Position numbers and translations under genes: made by a program
Assembly: GCA_043228905.1 (NCBI GenBank)
Contig: JBHGNT010000001.1
Span: forward strand, 34,472,001 to 34,536,000
Reading direction: 5' to 3'
DNA length: 64,000 nucleotides
Source: Azolla caroliniana
Lineage: Eukaryota; Plantae; Polypodiophyta
Notes under the pieces: model-generated
What the model was told of the DNA's origin: nothing
Seen by the model: only the letters and a program-made list of their open reading frames with translations
Databases searched by the model: none
In this document: positions 35,301 to 47,000 of the stretch, one piece after another
Layout of the letters: every line of letters begins with the position of its first letter
Position numbering within the stretch: the first letter of the stretch is position 1

Positions 35301-37096
35301 TGCCGGAAACCCCCCGAGATATAAAGCTAGGATCGTAGTGAAGGGGTTCCAGCAGAAGAAGGGCGTCGACTTCGACGAGATATTTGCCCCGGTAGTGAAG
35401 ATGACCTCCATCCGGACGGTGCTGAGCATAGCGGCAAGCATGGACCTCGAGGTAGAACAGATGGACGTGAAGACGGCATTCCTTCACGGTGACCTCGAAG
35501 AAGAGATCTACATGCAGCAACCGGAAGGATTCGAGAAGAAAGGGAAGGAGCACCTGGTATGCCGGTTGAAGAAGAGCCTTTACGGACTGAAGCAGGCTCC
35601 CCGGCAATGGTACCGGAAGTTCGACTCCTTCATGACCGACGAAGGGTACCTCAAAACGCAGTCCGACCACTGCGTGTTTGTGAAGAAGTTCGAAGGAGGA
35701 GACTCTCTAATACTCCTCCTGTACGTGGACGACATGTTGATCGTCGGACGGGACCAGGTCAAGATACGGATGCTGAAGAAGGCTCTTCACCGAACCTTCT
35801 CAATGAAGGACCTGGGTCCGGCGAGACAAATACTAGGGATGCACATCATCCGGGACCGGAAGAAGAAGCAATTGTGGCTGTCACAGGAGAAGTACGTGAC
35901 AAAGGTGCTTCACCGGTTCAACATGTCGGAAGCAAGACCGGTCGGATCAACCCTCCCGGCAAACTGCAAGCTGTCCAACAAGCAAAGTCCCAAGACAAAG
36001 GCTGAAAAGGAGGATATGATGAAAGTGCCGTATGCCTCAGCCGTCGGGAGCTTGATGTACGCCATGGTGTGTACGAGACCGGACATAGGATATGCAGTCG
36101 GAGTGGTGAGCCGGTACATGAGCAATCCCGGCAAGGAGCACTGGAACGCGGTCAAGTGGATACTCCGATACCTGAAGGGTACGGCAAACGTGTGCCTCCG
36201 ATTCGGCTCCGGTAAGCCCGAACTCGACGGCTTCACCGACTCGGATATGTCGGCTGATGCAGATACCAGCCGGTCCACATCAGGGTATGTGATGACATAT
36301 GCAGGGGGAGCTGTTTCGTGGCAGTCGAGGCTGCAGAAGACGGTTGCGTTGTCAACCACGGAGGCGGAGTACATGGCAGCTGTTGAAGCCGGCAAGGAAA
36401 TAATATGGATGAAGGACTTCATTAGAGAGCTCGGGATCCGGCAGGAGGAGTACCGACTCTACTGCGATAGTCAGAGTGCCATCCACCTTGCAAAGAACGC
36501 GGCCTACCATTCCCGGACGAAACACATCCAGCGTAGATACCACTGGATCCGGGAAAGGATAGAAGACAAGGAGTTCGTGCTGACGAAGATCCACACGGAC
36601 GAGAACGGGTCGGATATGCTGACAAAGGTGCTCACGCCCGACAAACTGGAAGCATGCCGGAAGAGGACCGGGTTGGAGAGACATCCCATGCCGAAGTGAA
36701 GGGGGAGTTTGTTGGGATTTCGGTCCCTCCGGATGGGATGTCCGGAGATGAATGACGGCAAGCCCGGTTGCGGTTACGGAGCCGGATGCGGAATGTACCC
36801 GGAGAGAGATCCGGATGACGGCAAGCCCGGTTCCGGTTACGGAGCCGGATGATGAAGACCCTGGCTACGGAGCCGGATGCTGAAGACCCCGGTAACGGAG
36901 CCGGATGACGAATGTACCCGGAGAGAGATCCGGATGCGGGGACATATTTGTGAATATGTTTTGCCAAGAGCCCTTTGAGGTTATATTTGTAAATAGCCCG
37001 AAAGTCATATGTGTATAAATATGACTTAGGGCAAACAACTTAGTTGTTGTTGCTCATTTTTTTACGTTTTCAGCCGAGAGAGCGAAGTGTGAGCAG

Positions 37097-37138
<42 letters not shown>

Positions 37139-37412
37139 GAGGTCGACGCCTCTGTGTATTACCGCCGCCTGTGGCGAAGACAGTGACCTCAAGGTCGTTG
37201 CCTTGAACCTTCACCATTGTACATCCCTGTTCATAGTGATAGTTGGAGTTGTGCACTCCCGTGGTTTTTCCCGTTTAGGGTTTTCCACGTTATACCCTGT
37301 GTATTCGTCTCTCTCGTGTCTTTCTTTGTATTTCCTATTTTCTGCTGCATTGATCCGTGTTGGCTCGGTTGTGGCCGGGAGGCGAAAGATTTGATAGCGT
37401 CAAATCTCAACA
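31892..37412 (+). mobile_element. Ty1/copia element C (Tnt1/Tork-like), structurally intact
   Basis: 703-bp LTRs 31892-32594 and 36710-37412 (one mismatch seen); TSD TTTTA; iMet PBS 32598-32609; PPT aagggggag 36699-36707; tandem CCGG-rich U3 repeats and (GA)18. Confidence 0.97.
32626..36699 (+). CDS. gag-pol: Intact copia Gag-Pol polyprotein (~1357 aa from the first ATG after the PBS)
   Basis: Single ORF: LNAQNYADWK, CFHCGKPGHFRKNC, WVVDSGAS, WHKRLCH..CTDC, DNGGEY, NGLAER, YVDDML, TDSDM, KHIQRRYH. Confidence 0.96.
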   Translation: MEGGGSGPPGMMVLNAQNYADWKIKMEDLLIVRDLYEPIDRSEIPKGVLETEWRLLNRKAVATIRQYVDVSVLQHVANDTNAYEMWRKLSGLYERKNALNRTSLMRKIVNLKYRDGESMVEHVSTFMGFVNQLAAIKFPLEDAMQAIILMCTLPDSWENLVVTLSTSCAEDNLSLQTVKTSILNEEARRRDKEPVSDSKALLTESDRGRQWNRSPQRREKSGTRSQSRGRPTCFHCGKPGHFRKNCRHYRKDNGADDTDSKKSPERNGAYRGATDRRGSDRRGQDRKGTTALAASEEEIMLITEEGELNIAGDETTWVVDSGASFHLTPERRYFSSYTAGEHGCVRMGNEGTCRIAGIGDVWLTTPTGCKMLLKNVRHVPEVRLNLISAGRLDDEGYTGSIRNGVMKFSKGSLIVARARKVNTLYLMNARLCPEELNVAADTAGELWHKRLCHMSEKGMKRLAEDNLIPVKHVHLEKCTDCLAGKQNRTSFHSRPPTRRSAPLELVHTDVCQVETKSHGGAQYFVTFIDDHSRKLWTAPLKTKDQVLSVFKELHARVERESGKKLKAIRADNGGEYRGQFQEYCRSKGIRLEFTVPKTPELNGLAERMNRTIMERVRSMLAHAKLPKGFWAEAMSTATYVINRSPSVPLDGDTPQKVWTGKEVSYRHLKVFGCLAYVHVAKDRRGKLDPKTRPCIFLGYGNDEFGYRVWDPVDKKIFRSRDIIFMEDKTLADWESEKKMKSSKSTGEDKLYEEQSRPARDRLTLEDPAEDGEETEPAEEDENDTGTGPDPEMDSDEEESEEPVTEAPERRYPLRERRAPRRFPEPEHVLLTDEGEPESFEEAKHDTHSRRWLSAMQDEMDSLHENHTYELVELPKGKRALRNKWVFKLKPGDAGNPPRYKARIVVKGFQQKKGVDFDEIFAPVVKMTSIRTVLSIAASMDLEVEQMDVKTAFLHGDLEEEIYMQQPEGFEKKGKEHLVCRLKKSLYGLKQAPRQWYRKFDSFMTDEGYLKTQSDHCVFVKKFEGGDSLILLLYVDDMLIVGRDQVKIRMLKKALHRTFSMKDLGPARQILGMHIIRDRKKKQLWLSQEKYVTKVLHRFNMSEARPVGSTLPANCKLSNKQSPKTKAEKEDMMKVPYASAVGSLMYAMVCTRPDIGYAVGVVSRYMSNPGKEHWNAVKWILRYLKGTANVCLRFGSGKPELDGFTDSDMSADADTSRSTSGYVMTYAGGAVSWQSRLQKTVALSTTEAEYMAAVEAGKEIIWMKDFIRELGIRQEEYRLYCDSQSAIHLAKNAAYHSRTKHIQRRYHWIRERIEDKEFVLTKIHTDENGSDMLTKVLTPDKLEACRKRTGLERHPMPK

Positions 37413-39910
37413 TTTTACTATATGTTGATGACTTGATCATCACCGGCGCCGACCTCGGTGAAATCGACCGCGTGAAGCTCCAGCTTGCGGCATCGTTCGA
37501 CATGAAGGATCTGGGGGACCTTCATTACTTCCTCGGGATCGAAGTGATCCGTACCCCCGAAGGCATATTGATCAGCCAACGTCATTACGTGCTGAGTATG
37601 CTCTTCAAATTCGGGATGGCCGACTGTAAGTCCGTCTCGACTCCTCTGGACAGAACCGTCAAACTTCGTCCCGATACGTGAAAGGTATGCGACCCGACGA
37701 GGTTCCGACAAATTGTCAGAAGCCTCATATACTTGACCATCACCCGACCCGACCTCAGTTATCCGGTCGGGGTGATCAGTCAGTTCATGGCGTGACCTAC
37801 CGAGGAGCACCTTCAGTGTGCGCAACGCGTACTGCGGTACGTATGTGGCACTAAGGACCGAGGACTGCTATATCGGACCGGTGCAGCCGCGCAGTTAGTC
37901 GGCTACACTGATGCTGATTGGGCTGGCAACGCCGCCGATCGCCGATCCACGTGTGGATACGCGTTCTCCCTCGGGAGTGCCGCGATCGCGTGGAGCAGTA
38001 AGAAGCAGCCGACAGTTGCACTGTCGAGCACCGAAGCTCAGTACCGAGGAGCGGTTGTCGCGACATGCGAAGCCATATGGTTGAAGCGGCTACTTAAGGA
38101 CCTGCAAGAGGAGGTGTCCGATCCAACAACGATCTACTGCGACAACCTCAGCAATATCCAACTCGCGAAAAACCCCGTTTTCCACGCACGGACCAAGCAC
38201 ATTGAGGTGCACTACCATTTCGTCCGTGAGCGTGTCCTTTCCGGTGAAGTCGAACTTCAGTACGTGCCGACGGATCGGCAGGTTGCCGACATCTTCACCA
38301 AGCCTCTTGGTCTGGACAAGTTGCGGCAATTCTCAGGTGCGCTTGGGTTGCGTCACCTTGACGTGCTGAACTTGAGGGGGAGAACAGTCCCGAACGACCA
38401 AGCAAGGCAGCAGGAAAGGAGCGGAGACCGTGGAACTGAGTCGGTTGACAAGTTCAACTTCGGATCGACTGAAGAAGCCGAGGGCGGATCCGCGGAAAAG
38501 TTCGGAAGAGGACAGAAGGGGAGCAACCGAAGGAGAGAGCCGAAGCCAACCACACATGGGGAAGATGACGCTATCGTGTGCGAGAAGACCGAAGACGAGT
38601 TGGAGACAACCAACTCGAACGAGAGCGAAAACCGATCGGAGGTAGCCGAGTCGGTTCGGATGTTTGATTCAGACACGCTGAATCAACCGAGGCCCAAGCG
38701 GAAGAAAAGGAAGCAGAAGAAGCTTCAACACCGCAACAATAGAAGAGCTGATGAGGGCCACATGAGCAGACAAGCCGACCGGAAGGGTCGAAGCGCGCAG
38801 AGTCGAATAGGTCGAGGAGCGCGAGCGAGGCGAGGAGCCAAGAGGAACCGGTGCTTTGAAGATCCCGAAGAGCTTGAGGGGGAGTGTTGAGAGACAAGCT
38901 CAACATCGGCCGGTTCGGCTGAAGAAGCCGAGGACTGGATCGGTTGGGACCAATCGGCTAGGCCGAGTGCGTACACCGGGAGGTCGTTAGGAAAGATATT
39001 CCGTGAGGAATATATTTGGGAGTTAGTGTAGGAGCTCTTAATGCGCATTGAAGTACTGTCAGTACTTCGGTCAGTCCTTTTAGGACTTGTATAAAAGTGC
39101 TCACTGAGCACGTCTTATATACAGACTGAGTATTATTGTTGAATATAGTTTTTTGAGTTTCTCTCTCTGTCTCTCCCGCGTATACCGTGTAAGCTCAAGC
39201 TCTCCATTAAACCTGAGTTTCCTTTCTTCTGTTCGGTCTTAATACCTGCTTCCGCATGCTACTTTCTACAATAATGAACTCCGAGTCGACTGATAAGGAT
39301 CGACTCTACGACGAGCAGACCCAACCGGCAAGAGACTGGTTAGCACTCGAAGGACCAGCCGGTTACGGTGAGGATACCGAACAGGCTGAAGAAGAAGTAG
39401 AGGAAGTTGAAACCAGAACTGACCAAGACCCCGAATCGGATTCAGATGAAGAGAAAATGGAGGAGCCGGTTACCGAAGCCCGAAGACGGAGATATCCTCT
39501 CAGAGAGAGAAGGGCGCCCCGGAGATTTCCGGATGTAGAGCATGTCCTGCTGACCGATGAGGGGGAGCCGGAAAGCTTTGAAGAAGCGAAGGATGACACC
39601 CACAACCGCAAATGGTTAAGTGCCATGCAGGATGAGATGGATTCCCTGCATGAGAACCATACGTACGAATTGGTGGAGTTGCTGAAAGGAAAGCGGGCAC
39701 TCCGAAACAAGTGGGTGTACAAGTTGAAACCGGGAGATGCCGGCAACCCCCCGAGATACAAAGCCAAGATCGTGGTGAAGGGGTTCCAACAGAAAAAGGG
39801 GGTGGACTTTGACGAGATATTTGCCTTGGTAGTAAAGATGACCTCCATCCGGACGGTGCTGAGTATGAACGCACAAGGGGACGATAACACAAACACGAAT
39901 GCCCATACGT

Positions 39911-41433
39911 TGTCGTGAAGAAAACCGGCCATAGGCGGAATCGAAGAAAAAGGCGCATGAACCGGCTCTTACACGGGTGGACGTGAGGATTGATATATTG
40001 TACATAATTCGTAATTAGGGCGACTGGTGTAAGTACTGGGTAGTGCATATTTATTAGGGGATTTTGTGCATATCTCTGTCGACAGGGACAAGGAATAAAG
40101 CAGTTTGGCTGAGGAAAAGGGGGCACCCCTTTTTGGGGAACTATTTAAGGAGGGAGAGAAGGAAGGAACAAAGATCGCGCGTTAAGGAGGACGCAGTGCT
40201 GCAGGACCAAGAGCCGAACTCTCTCTCCTGCTCTGACCGTCATTCTCTGCGGGTGTCGGGAGTTTGTTGCCTCTACTTCGTGGACAGCCCGTGTGCTTCT
40301 ATCAGAGGCTCTCCCTTCTACGTTTTCGGGGTCCAGTGTTTTCCGTCTGTGTGCATGAGTAGGGTCCCCGTGTCGGGTCCATCGCCGGCTCGCCGGGTGT
40401 AACCGTCAGAGTTTGTAATCTCTTGATATTGTAATCGACTGTTATTGTAATTAAGGGTTCCATTCGTTCTCCTCCTTCTCGCTTCCGCGTATATGCAAAT
40501 CTCTCTCTCTCTCTCTCTCTCTCTGTGCTTGCATCTCTCTCTCTCTCTCTCGCTCCTCGGTTCAAGGTCCCCGTGGTCCCGCCTCTTTCTCCACGCGTGC
40601 ACGTAACAACGTGACATCTTTGGTGAACCCGACGTGAAAGGGTGGCAAAGGAGTCGAAAGATGAGGGGATCGGAGCTAGCAGAGCCAATGGTGGTGGCCG
40701 TCGACCGACTGGTAAGCGCTCGCGAGGGGACGGGTACCCTCGGCAGAGCCATTGAACCAATCGTCGGCTCTATAGGCCGGTTCGGAGGGAAAGATGCCAC
40801 AAGTTATTTGGAGGCTTACCGGGCCGAAATGATCATGAGGGATATCCCGGTGGACAGGCGGCTGTCCGGATTCCCTCGGGTGGTGACGCCGAGCATCCAC
40901 GTGGAACTCCTCGAGGTGCTGGTCGGATGTCAAACTTGGGAGGAGTTCGAGCTGCAGCTCCTCGAGAAGTACGGGTTTGACAACTCGCTTTGGCTGTCGA
41001 GGCGGGACTTCATGGCATGGGTGGAAAGCCCCGGAAAGGAGAGGAACACATCGGCGCTCCTCCAGGAGTTCGAAAAACGGTTCGCGCGGCTATCGACGCT
41101 GGACCGGACCGTGCTCGAAACGAGTTGAGTACTACTGTTTGTCAAGTCGTTGGACGCGCTCGACAGGGAAAAGGTGGGTCCCCTATTGGAGACGGACGAA
41201 GGGCTCACGGCAGACTGGGCTGTGGTAAAATGGGTCTGCAGCCGTTTCGACAAACAACGCTCCTCAGTTCATCTGACTCTTGCCGGGTCTCCTTACCGGT
41301 TTCGGTCCTTACCGAAAGGCCTTCATTATCCGGTTCTGCTTGATCCAGTTCTCCTTACCAGTTCCTCCTTGCCAATTCCATCCGGAGTGACAAAATTGTA
41401 ATTTTCACGTAGTGTGCGAATTACACTACGACA
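39911..41433 (+). mobile_element. Composite gypsy-type remnant: LTR sequence, Trp PBS (40621-40637), truncated gag (40689-~41257), unrelated LTR end
   Basis: Termini TGTCGT..ACGACA; 4-bp TSD ACGT (39907-39910, 41434-41437); gag IGRFGGKDATSYLEAY..TWEEFELQLLEKYG. Confidence 0.75.
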
Positions 41434-42558
41434 ACGTGTTCAATTCCAACGCAAGAGGGCCCTTTATAAAATAGGGCTTGATTACAATGTAGCAACTTCT
41501 AGTTAACCACAAGCTCAACAAAACATAAATACTAAATGCCCTTAGAGACAAGAGCAAATCCGAACACGGAGCACGGACACGACGAAGACGAACACACGAG
41601 CACCACAAAAATATTGACCCCAACGAACTGACAAGAACTACACGCTCCCGATGAACAACGCTCAGCCACAACCAAGCTTAGAATCCAACACAGAAAAAAA
41701 AAAACGGGAATGAATGCACGACACAATGGAGAGAAGAGTACACAGGATGTTAACGTGGAAAAACCCAAACTAGGGAAAAAAAAAAACCACGGCAGCCCAC
41801 AACCTGCAAACTATCACTATGTAACAATAATTACAACAGTGAGCTCATGGAGGCAACGACCTCATGCTCACGATCTTCGCCACAGGCGGCGGTTACAACA
41901 AAGATATGAACTCTTCGTTTCTTTCTCTCTCTCTCTCTCTGTACATTGTTGCACTCTAATCTTGCGCCAACAAGAATGACAACAACAACAACAACAACGA
42001 CAACAACCTTATTCTCAGTTTGCCCTAAGTCATATTTATACTAAAATGACTTTTCGGCTATTTACAAATATAGCCCCGATGGACTCTCAGAAACATATTT
42101 ACGAATATGTCCCTTCATCCGGTGAGCACTCCTCACCGGGCCTGCATCATCCGGCGCTTGCTAGGCACTCATCATCCGGTTCTCACCGGGTCTTCCGTTT
42201 CCGGGTACTCCTCATCCGGTTCTCACCGGGTCTTCCGTTTCCGGGTACTCCTCATTCGGTTCTCACCTTCCGTTGTCGAGTACTCCTCATCCGGTTCTCA
42301 CCGGGTCTTTCGTTGCCAGGTACTCCTCATCGGAGCTCACTGGGTCTTCCGTTTCCGGGTACTCCTCATTCGGAGGGACCTGTTTCCTAACAAACTCCCC
42401 CTTCACTCTGGCATGTGGTGTCTTACTAGTCCGACCCGCTTCCGACATGCATCCAGCTTGTCAGGTGTCAGTACTTTGGTCAGCATATCTGACCCGTTCT
42501 CGGCCGTGTGGATCTTCGTCAGCGCGAACTCCTGGTCATCTACTATTTCCCAGATCTA

Positions 42559-43172
42559 TGTTGGGATTATGGTCCCTTTCGGATGGGATGGTCGGATGTC
42601 CGAAGATGAATGCCGACGAGCCCGGTTTCGGTTTCGGATCCGGATGACGAAGACCCCGGTTTCGGAACCGGATGACGAATGTACCCGAAGAGCGATCCGG
42701 ATGCAGGGACATATCCGTGAATATGTTCGCTATGGGCCCCTGAGGCTATAATTGTAAATAGCCCAAAGTCATAGAAGTATAAATATGACTTAGGGCAAAC
42801 AGTTTTACTGTTGCTTCTCATTTTTCTGTTTTTCCACTCAAGAGGAGTGAAGTGTAAGCAGCCGTGAGAGAGAGAGAGAGAGATAGAGCGCGGGAGAGAA
42901 AGAGGTAGACGCCTCTGTGTATTTCCGCCGCCTGTGGCGAGGACAGCGAGCTCAAGGTCGTCGCCTTGCAGCTCGCCATTGTATACTTCTCTGTATAGTG
43001 TTGGTTTGGAGTCTTGTACTCCCGTGGTTTTTCCCGTCTAGGGTTTTCCACGTTAATCCCTGTGTACTCGCGTTTTGTTTCTCCGTGTGGTTCCTATTTT
43101 CTGCTGCATTGATCCGCGATTACTCGGTTGTGGCCGAGCGAAGAAGGTGAATCGAAGCGTTGATTCCCAACA
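42559..43172 (+). mobile_element. Solo LTR (614 bp), copia G-type, inserted in RNase H of copia D
   Basis: TGTTGGGA..TCCCAACA; TSD ATCTA; closely matches LTR 62970-63584. Confidence 0.93.
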
Positions 43173-43573
43173 ATCTAGTGATACCTATGTTGGATATGCT
43201 TCGTCCGGGAATGGTAGGCCGCATTCTTAGCAAGGTGGATGGCACTTTGACTGTCGCAATAGAGCCGGTATTCATCTTGTCGGATACCGAGCTCTCCGAT
43301 GAAGTCCTTCATCCATAATATTTCCTTGCCGGCTTCCATAGCCGCCTTGTACTCCGCCTCCGTGGTTGACAACACAACCGTCTTCTGCAGCCTTGACTGC
43401 CACGAAACAGCTCCCCCTGCATATGTCATTACATACCCGGATGTAGACCGCCTGGTATCCACATCAGCCGACATGTTCGAATCGGTAAAACCATCAAGTT
43501 GAGGCTTACTGGAGCCGAATCGGAGACACATATTTGAAGTGCCCTTCAAGTATCGGAGTATCCATTTGACCGC

Positions 43574-44016
43574 TGTCGTGGAGAAAACCGTCCACAAGTG
43601 GAATCGGTGCGCCGGAGCATAGGAACCGGCTCTTCACGCATGTACGCCTTGTGTCGTACATAGGAGAGAATTAGGGACATGGGAGATCCTAGGTAGGTAG
43701 ATTCGGTAGGTAGGAAGTTAATAGGAAACGGCTCCCTTCTTGCCTAAAAAAGGAGGGAGACGAGGAGGAGGAGGGGGATCGCGGAGAGTCGAGGATGAAG
43801 TGATGTCGGTTTGTGGGCGAAGGCTTCTCTCTCTCTCTGGCTCGCAAACTCCATAGCTTCTTTCTGTGCAGGTTTCGGGAGGCTCGCGCTGCTCTGAGGA
43901 ATGCCCGAGTGCTTCTAGCAACACCTCCAACCTGCTCCTTTCTTTCTGTACGTTTACGAACAGGCATCGGCATCTGTTCGCCGGCTTGTTCGGAACTTCA
44001 CCATGAGAGGTTGTCT
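43574..44016 (+). mobile_element. Truncated LTR of the TGTCGTG family inside copia D
   Basis: Begins tgtcgtggagaaaaccg, like 39911 (tgtcgtgaagaaaaccg). Right end lost together with host RT sequence. Confidence 0.7.
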
Positions 44017-47000
44017 CTGCAACCCCTTCACCATGATCCTAGCTTTGTATCCGGGGGGGTTGTCGGCATCTCCCGGTTTCAACTTGTACACCCACTTATT
44101 TCAGAGTGCCCGGTTTCCTTTCGGCAACTCCACCAATTCGTACATATGGTTCTCATGCAGGGAATCCATCTCATCTTGCATGGCAATTAACCATTTGCGG
44201 CTATGGGTGTCATCCTTCGCTTCTTCGAAGCTTTCTGGCTCCCCCTCATCGGTTAGCAGCACATGCTCTGCATCTGGAAATCTCCGGGGGGGGGCTTCTC
44301 TCTCTGAGAGGATATCTCTGTATCTCGGCTTCGATAACTGGCTCCTCCATTTGCTCTTCATCCGAATCTGATTCGGGGTCTTGGCCGGTTCCAGTTTCAG
44401 CTTCATCTACTTCTTCTTCTGCCGGTTCGGTATCCTCACCGTAACCAGCTGGTTCCTCGAGTGTTAACCGGTCTCTTGCCGGTTGGGTCTGCTCATCGTA
44501 GAGTCGATCCTTACCGGTCGACTCGGAGTTCATTATCTTCTTCTCCGACTCCCAGTCAGCGAGCGTCTTGGCCTCCATGAAGATAATATCTCGACTCCGG
44601 AATACCTTCTTGTCGACCAGGTCCCACACTCAGTAGCCGAACTCATCGTCGCCGTAACCGAGGAATATGCATGGCCGGGTCTTCGGATCTAGTTTTCCTC
44701 TCCAGTCCTTAGCTACATGCACATATGCAAGACACTCGAATACCTTCAGATGCCAATAGGACACTTCCTTACCGGTCCAGACTCTCTGTGGCGTGTCTCC
44801 GTCCAAGGGTACTAAGGGTGATCTGTTTATCACATATGTCATCGTCGACAGTGCCTCAGCCCAAAACTTCTTGGGTAGTTTTGCATGCGCCAGCATACTC
44901 CGGACCCTCTCCATTATGGCCGGGTTCATCATCTCGGCCAGCCCGTTTAGTTCCGGCGTCTTCGGCACGGTAAATTCGAGCTGGATTCCCTTCGAGCGAC
45001 AGTACTCCTCGAACTGCCCTCGGTATTCACCTCCGTTATCTGCTCGAACCGCCTTCAGCTTCCGGCCGGTTTCTCTTTCCACTCTCGCGTGGAGCTCTTT
45101 GAAGACGGATAACACCTGATCCTTCGTCTTCAACGGTGTGGCCCACATCTTCTTGTTGTGGTCATCTATGAACGTCACGAAGTACTGCGATCCGGCATGT
45201 GACTTTGTGTCCACTTGACATACATCAGTATGCACCAACTCCAATGGTGCATTACGTCTCATCGGTGGCCTCGATCGGAAGGAGGTCTGGTTTTGTTTAC
45301 CGGCCAAACAATCAGTGCACTTCTCCAAGTGCACGTTCTTCACTGGAATGAGGTTGTCTTCTGCAAGCCTCTTCATCCCCTTCTCGCTCATGTGACACAG
45401 CCTCTTGTGCCACAGCTCACCGGCAGTGTCGGATGCCACGTTCACTTCCTCCGGACATAATCGGGCATTCATCAGGTACAGCGTGTTTACCTTCCGGTCC
45501 CGAGCCACAATCAGGCTCCCTTTGCTGAACTTCATAACACCATTCCGGATGCTACCCAGGTAGCCTTCATCATCTAGCCGACCGGCTGATATCAGGTTCA
45601 GACGAACCTCCGGAACATGTCGGACATCCTTCAGTAGCAGCTTGCATCCAGTTGGCATTGTAAACCACACGTCTCCTATGCTGACTATTCAGCATGTACC
45701 TTCATTCCCCATCCGGACACAACCGTGATCACCGGCTGAGTAGGATGAGAAGCATTTCCGGTCTGGGGATAGGTGGAACGACACTCCGGAGTCGACAACC
45801 CAGGTCATCTCGTCGCCAGCAAGGTTTAGCTCACTCTCCTCGGTGATGAGCATCAACTCTTCTTCACTTGCCGCGATTGCCGTTGTTCCCTTCCGGTCCG
45901 GCCCCCTTCGGTCTTTACCGTTCTGGTCCGGTGTCCGCTTCGAATCGGTACCGTCGGTTTCCTTGTCTTTTCGGAAATGCCGATAGTTCTTCTAGAATTG
46001 TCCCAGCTTGCCGCAATAGAAGCAAGTAGGCCTCCCCCTTGACTTTGACCGTGTCCCCGACTTCTCCCGGTTCTGGGGACTACGATTCCTTTGTCTTCCG
46101 ACGCGTATCCTTATCTTTCCGACGCGCCTCCTCATCTAGCAAGCTCGACTTCACTCTTGCTAGGGATAACCATTTCCCTTCCGGCCCGGCGTTGCCCAAA
46201 GTGACAACCAACGTCTCCCAGCTATCCGGGAGGGAACCGAGCAGGAGTAGCGCTAGTACCTCATCGGCGAGAGGTACTTCCAATGATGTTGCCTGGTGTA
46301 TCAGCCCCTGGAAGGCATTCATGTGCTCCGCCATGCTGGAGCCATCTTGGTACCGGAGTCTTACTAGCTTCCGGAATACCGAAACCTGGTTAATAGCATT
46401 TTTGTTCTGAAACATAATGTCGATCTTCTCTTAGAGCTCATGAGCCTTGCTCTCTTCATTGAAGTTGTTGTATAGGCTCATGTCGATGAAGCACCATATG
46501 TACGTCGTTGTCTTCATGTGCATCACCTCCCATATCGTGGCGTCGATTTTGTCCGGTCTCTTGTCCCTGAACTGAACTGGCAACCAAATATCTTTAACCA
46601 CGAGCATGTCCCTCATCTTCGACTTCCACACAGAATAGTTGGAGCCGGTGAGTTTGAACATGCCTCCCAGCGATTTGTCCATTTTCTGTGTCGTTTTGCT
46701 CTGATACCACTTTGACAGGAACTACGCGCTCCCGATGAACAACGCTCGACCACAACCAAGCTTAGAATCCAACACAGAAAAAAAAAACGGGAATGAATGC
46801 ACGACACAATGGAGAGAAGAGTACACAGGATGTTAACGTGGAAAAACCCAAACTAGGGAAAAAAAAAAACCACGGCAGCCCACAACCTGCAAACTATCAC
46901 TATGTAACAATAATTACAACAGTGAGTTCATGGAGGCAACGACCTCATGCTCACGATCTTCGCCACAGGCGGCGGTTACAACAAAGATATGAACTCTTCG

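Larger units (their letters stand above)
28117..39270 (+). mobile_element. Ty1/copia element B (Ale-like), full length, pseudogenised, hosting copia C
   Basis: 386-bp LTRs 28117-28502 and 38885-39270 (3 transitions seen); TSD ATAAT; iMet PBS 28503; gag from 28575 (EKLDKTNYASW); frameshifts/stops at ~30140, 30632, ~31250, 31530. Confidence 0.95.
27566..39865 (+). pseudogene. pol: Tork-like copia pol fragment (integrase core to RT start) in two pieces, 27566-28116 and 39276-39865; host of copia B
   Basis: ERETGRKLKAVRADNGGEY..; continuity WESEKKI|MNSEST across TSD ATAAT; ends at TSIRTVLS. No LTRs remain. Confidence 0.88.
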
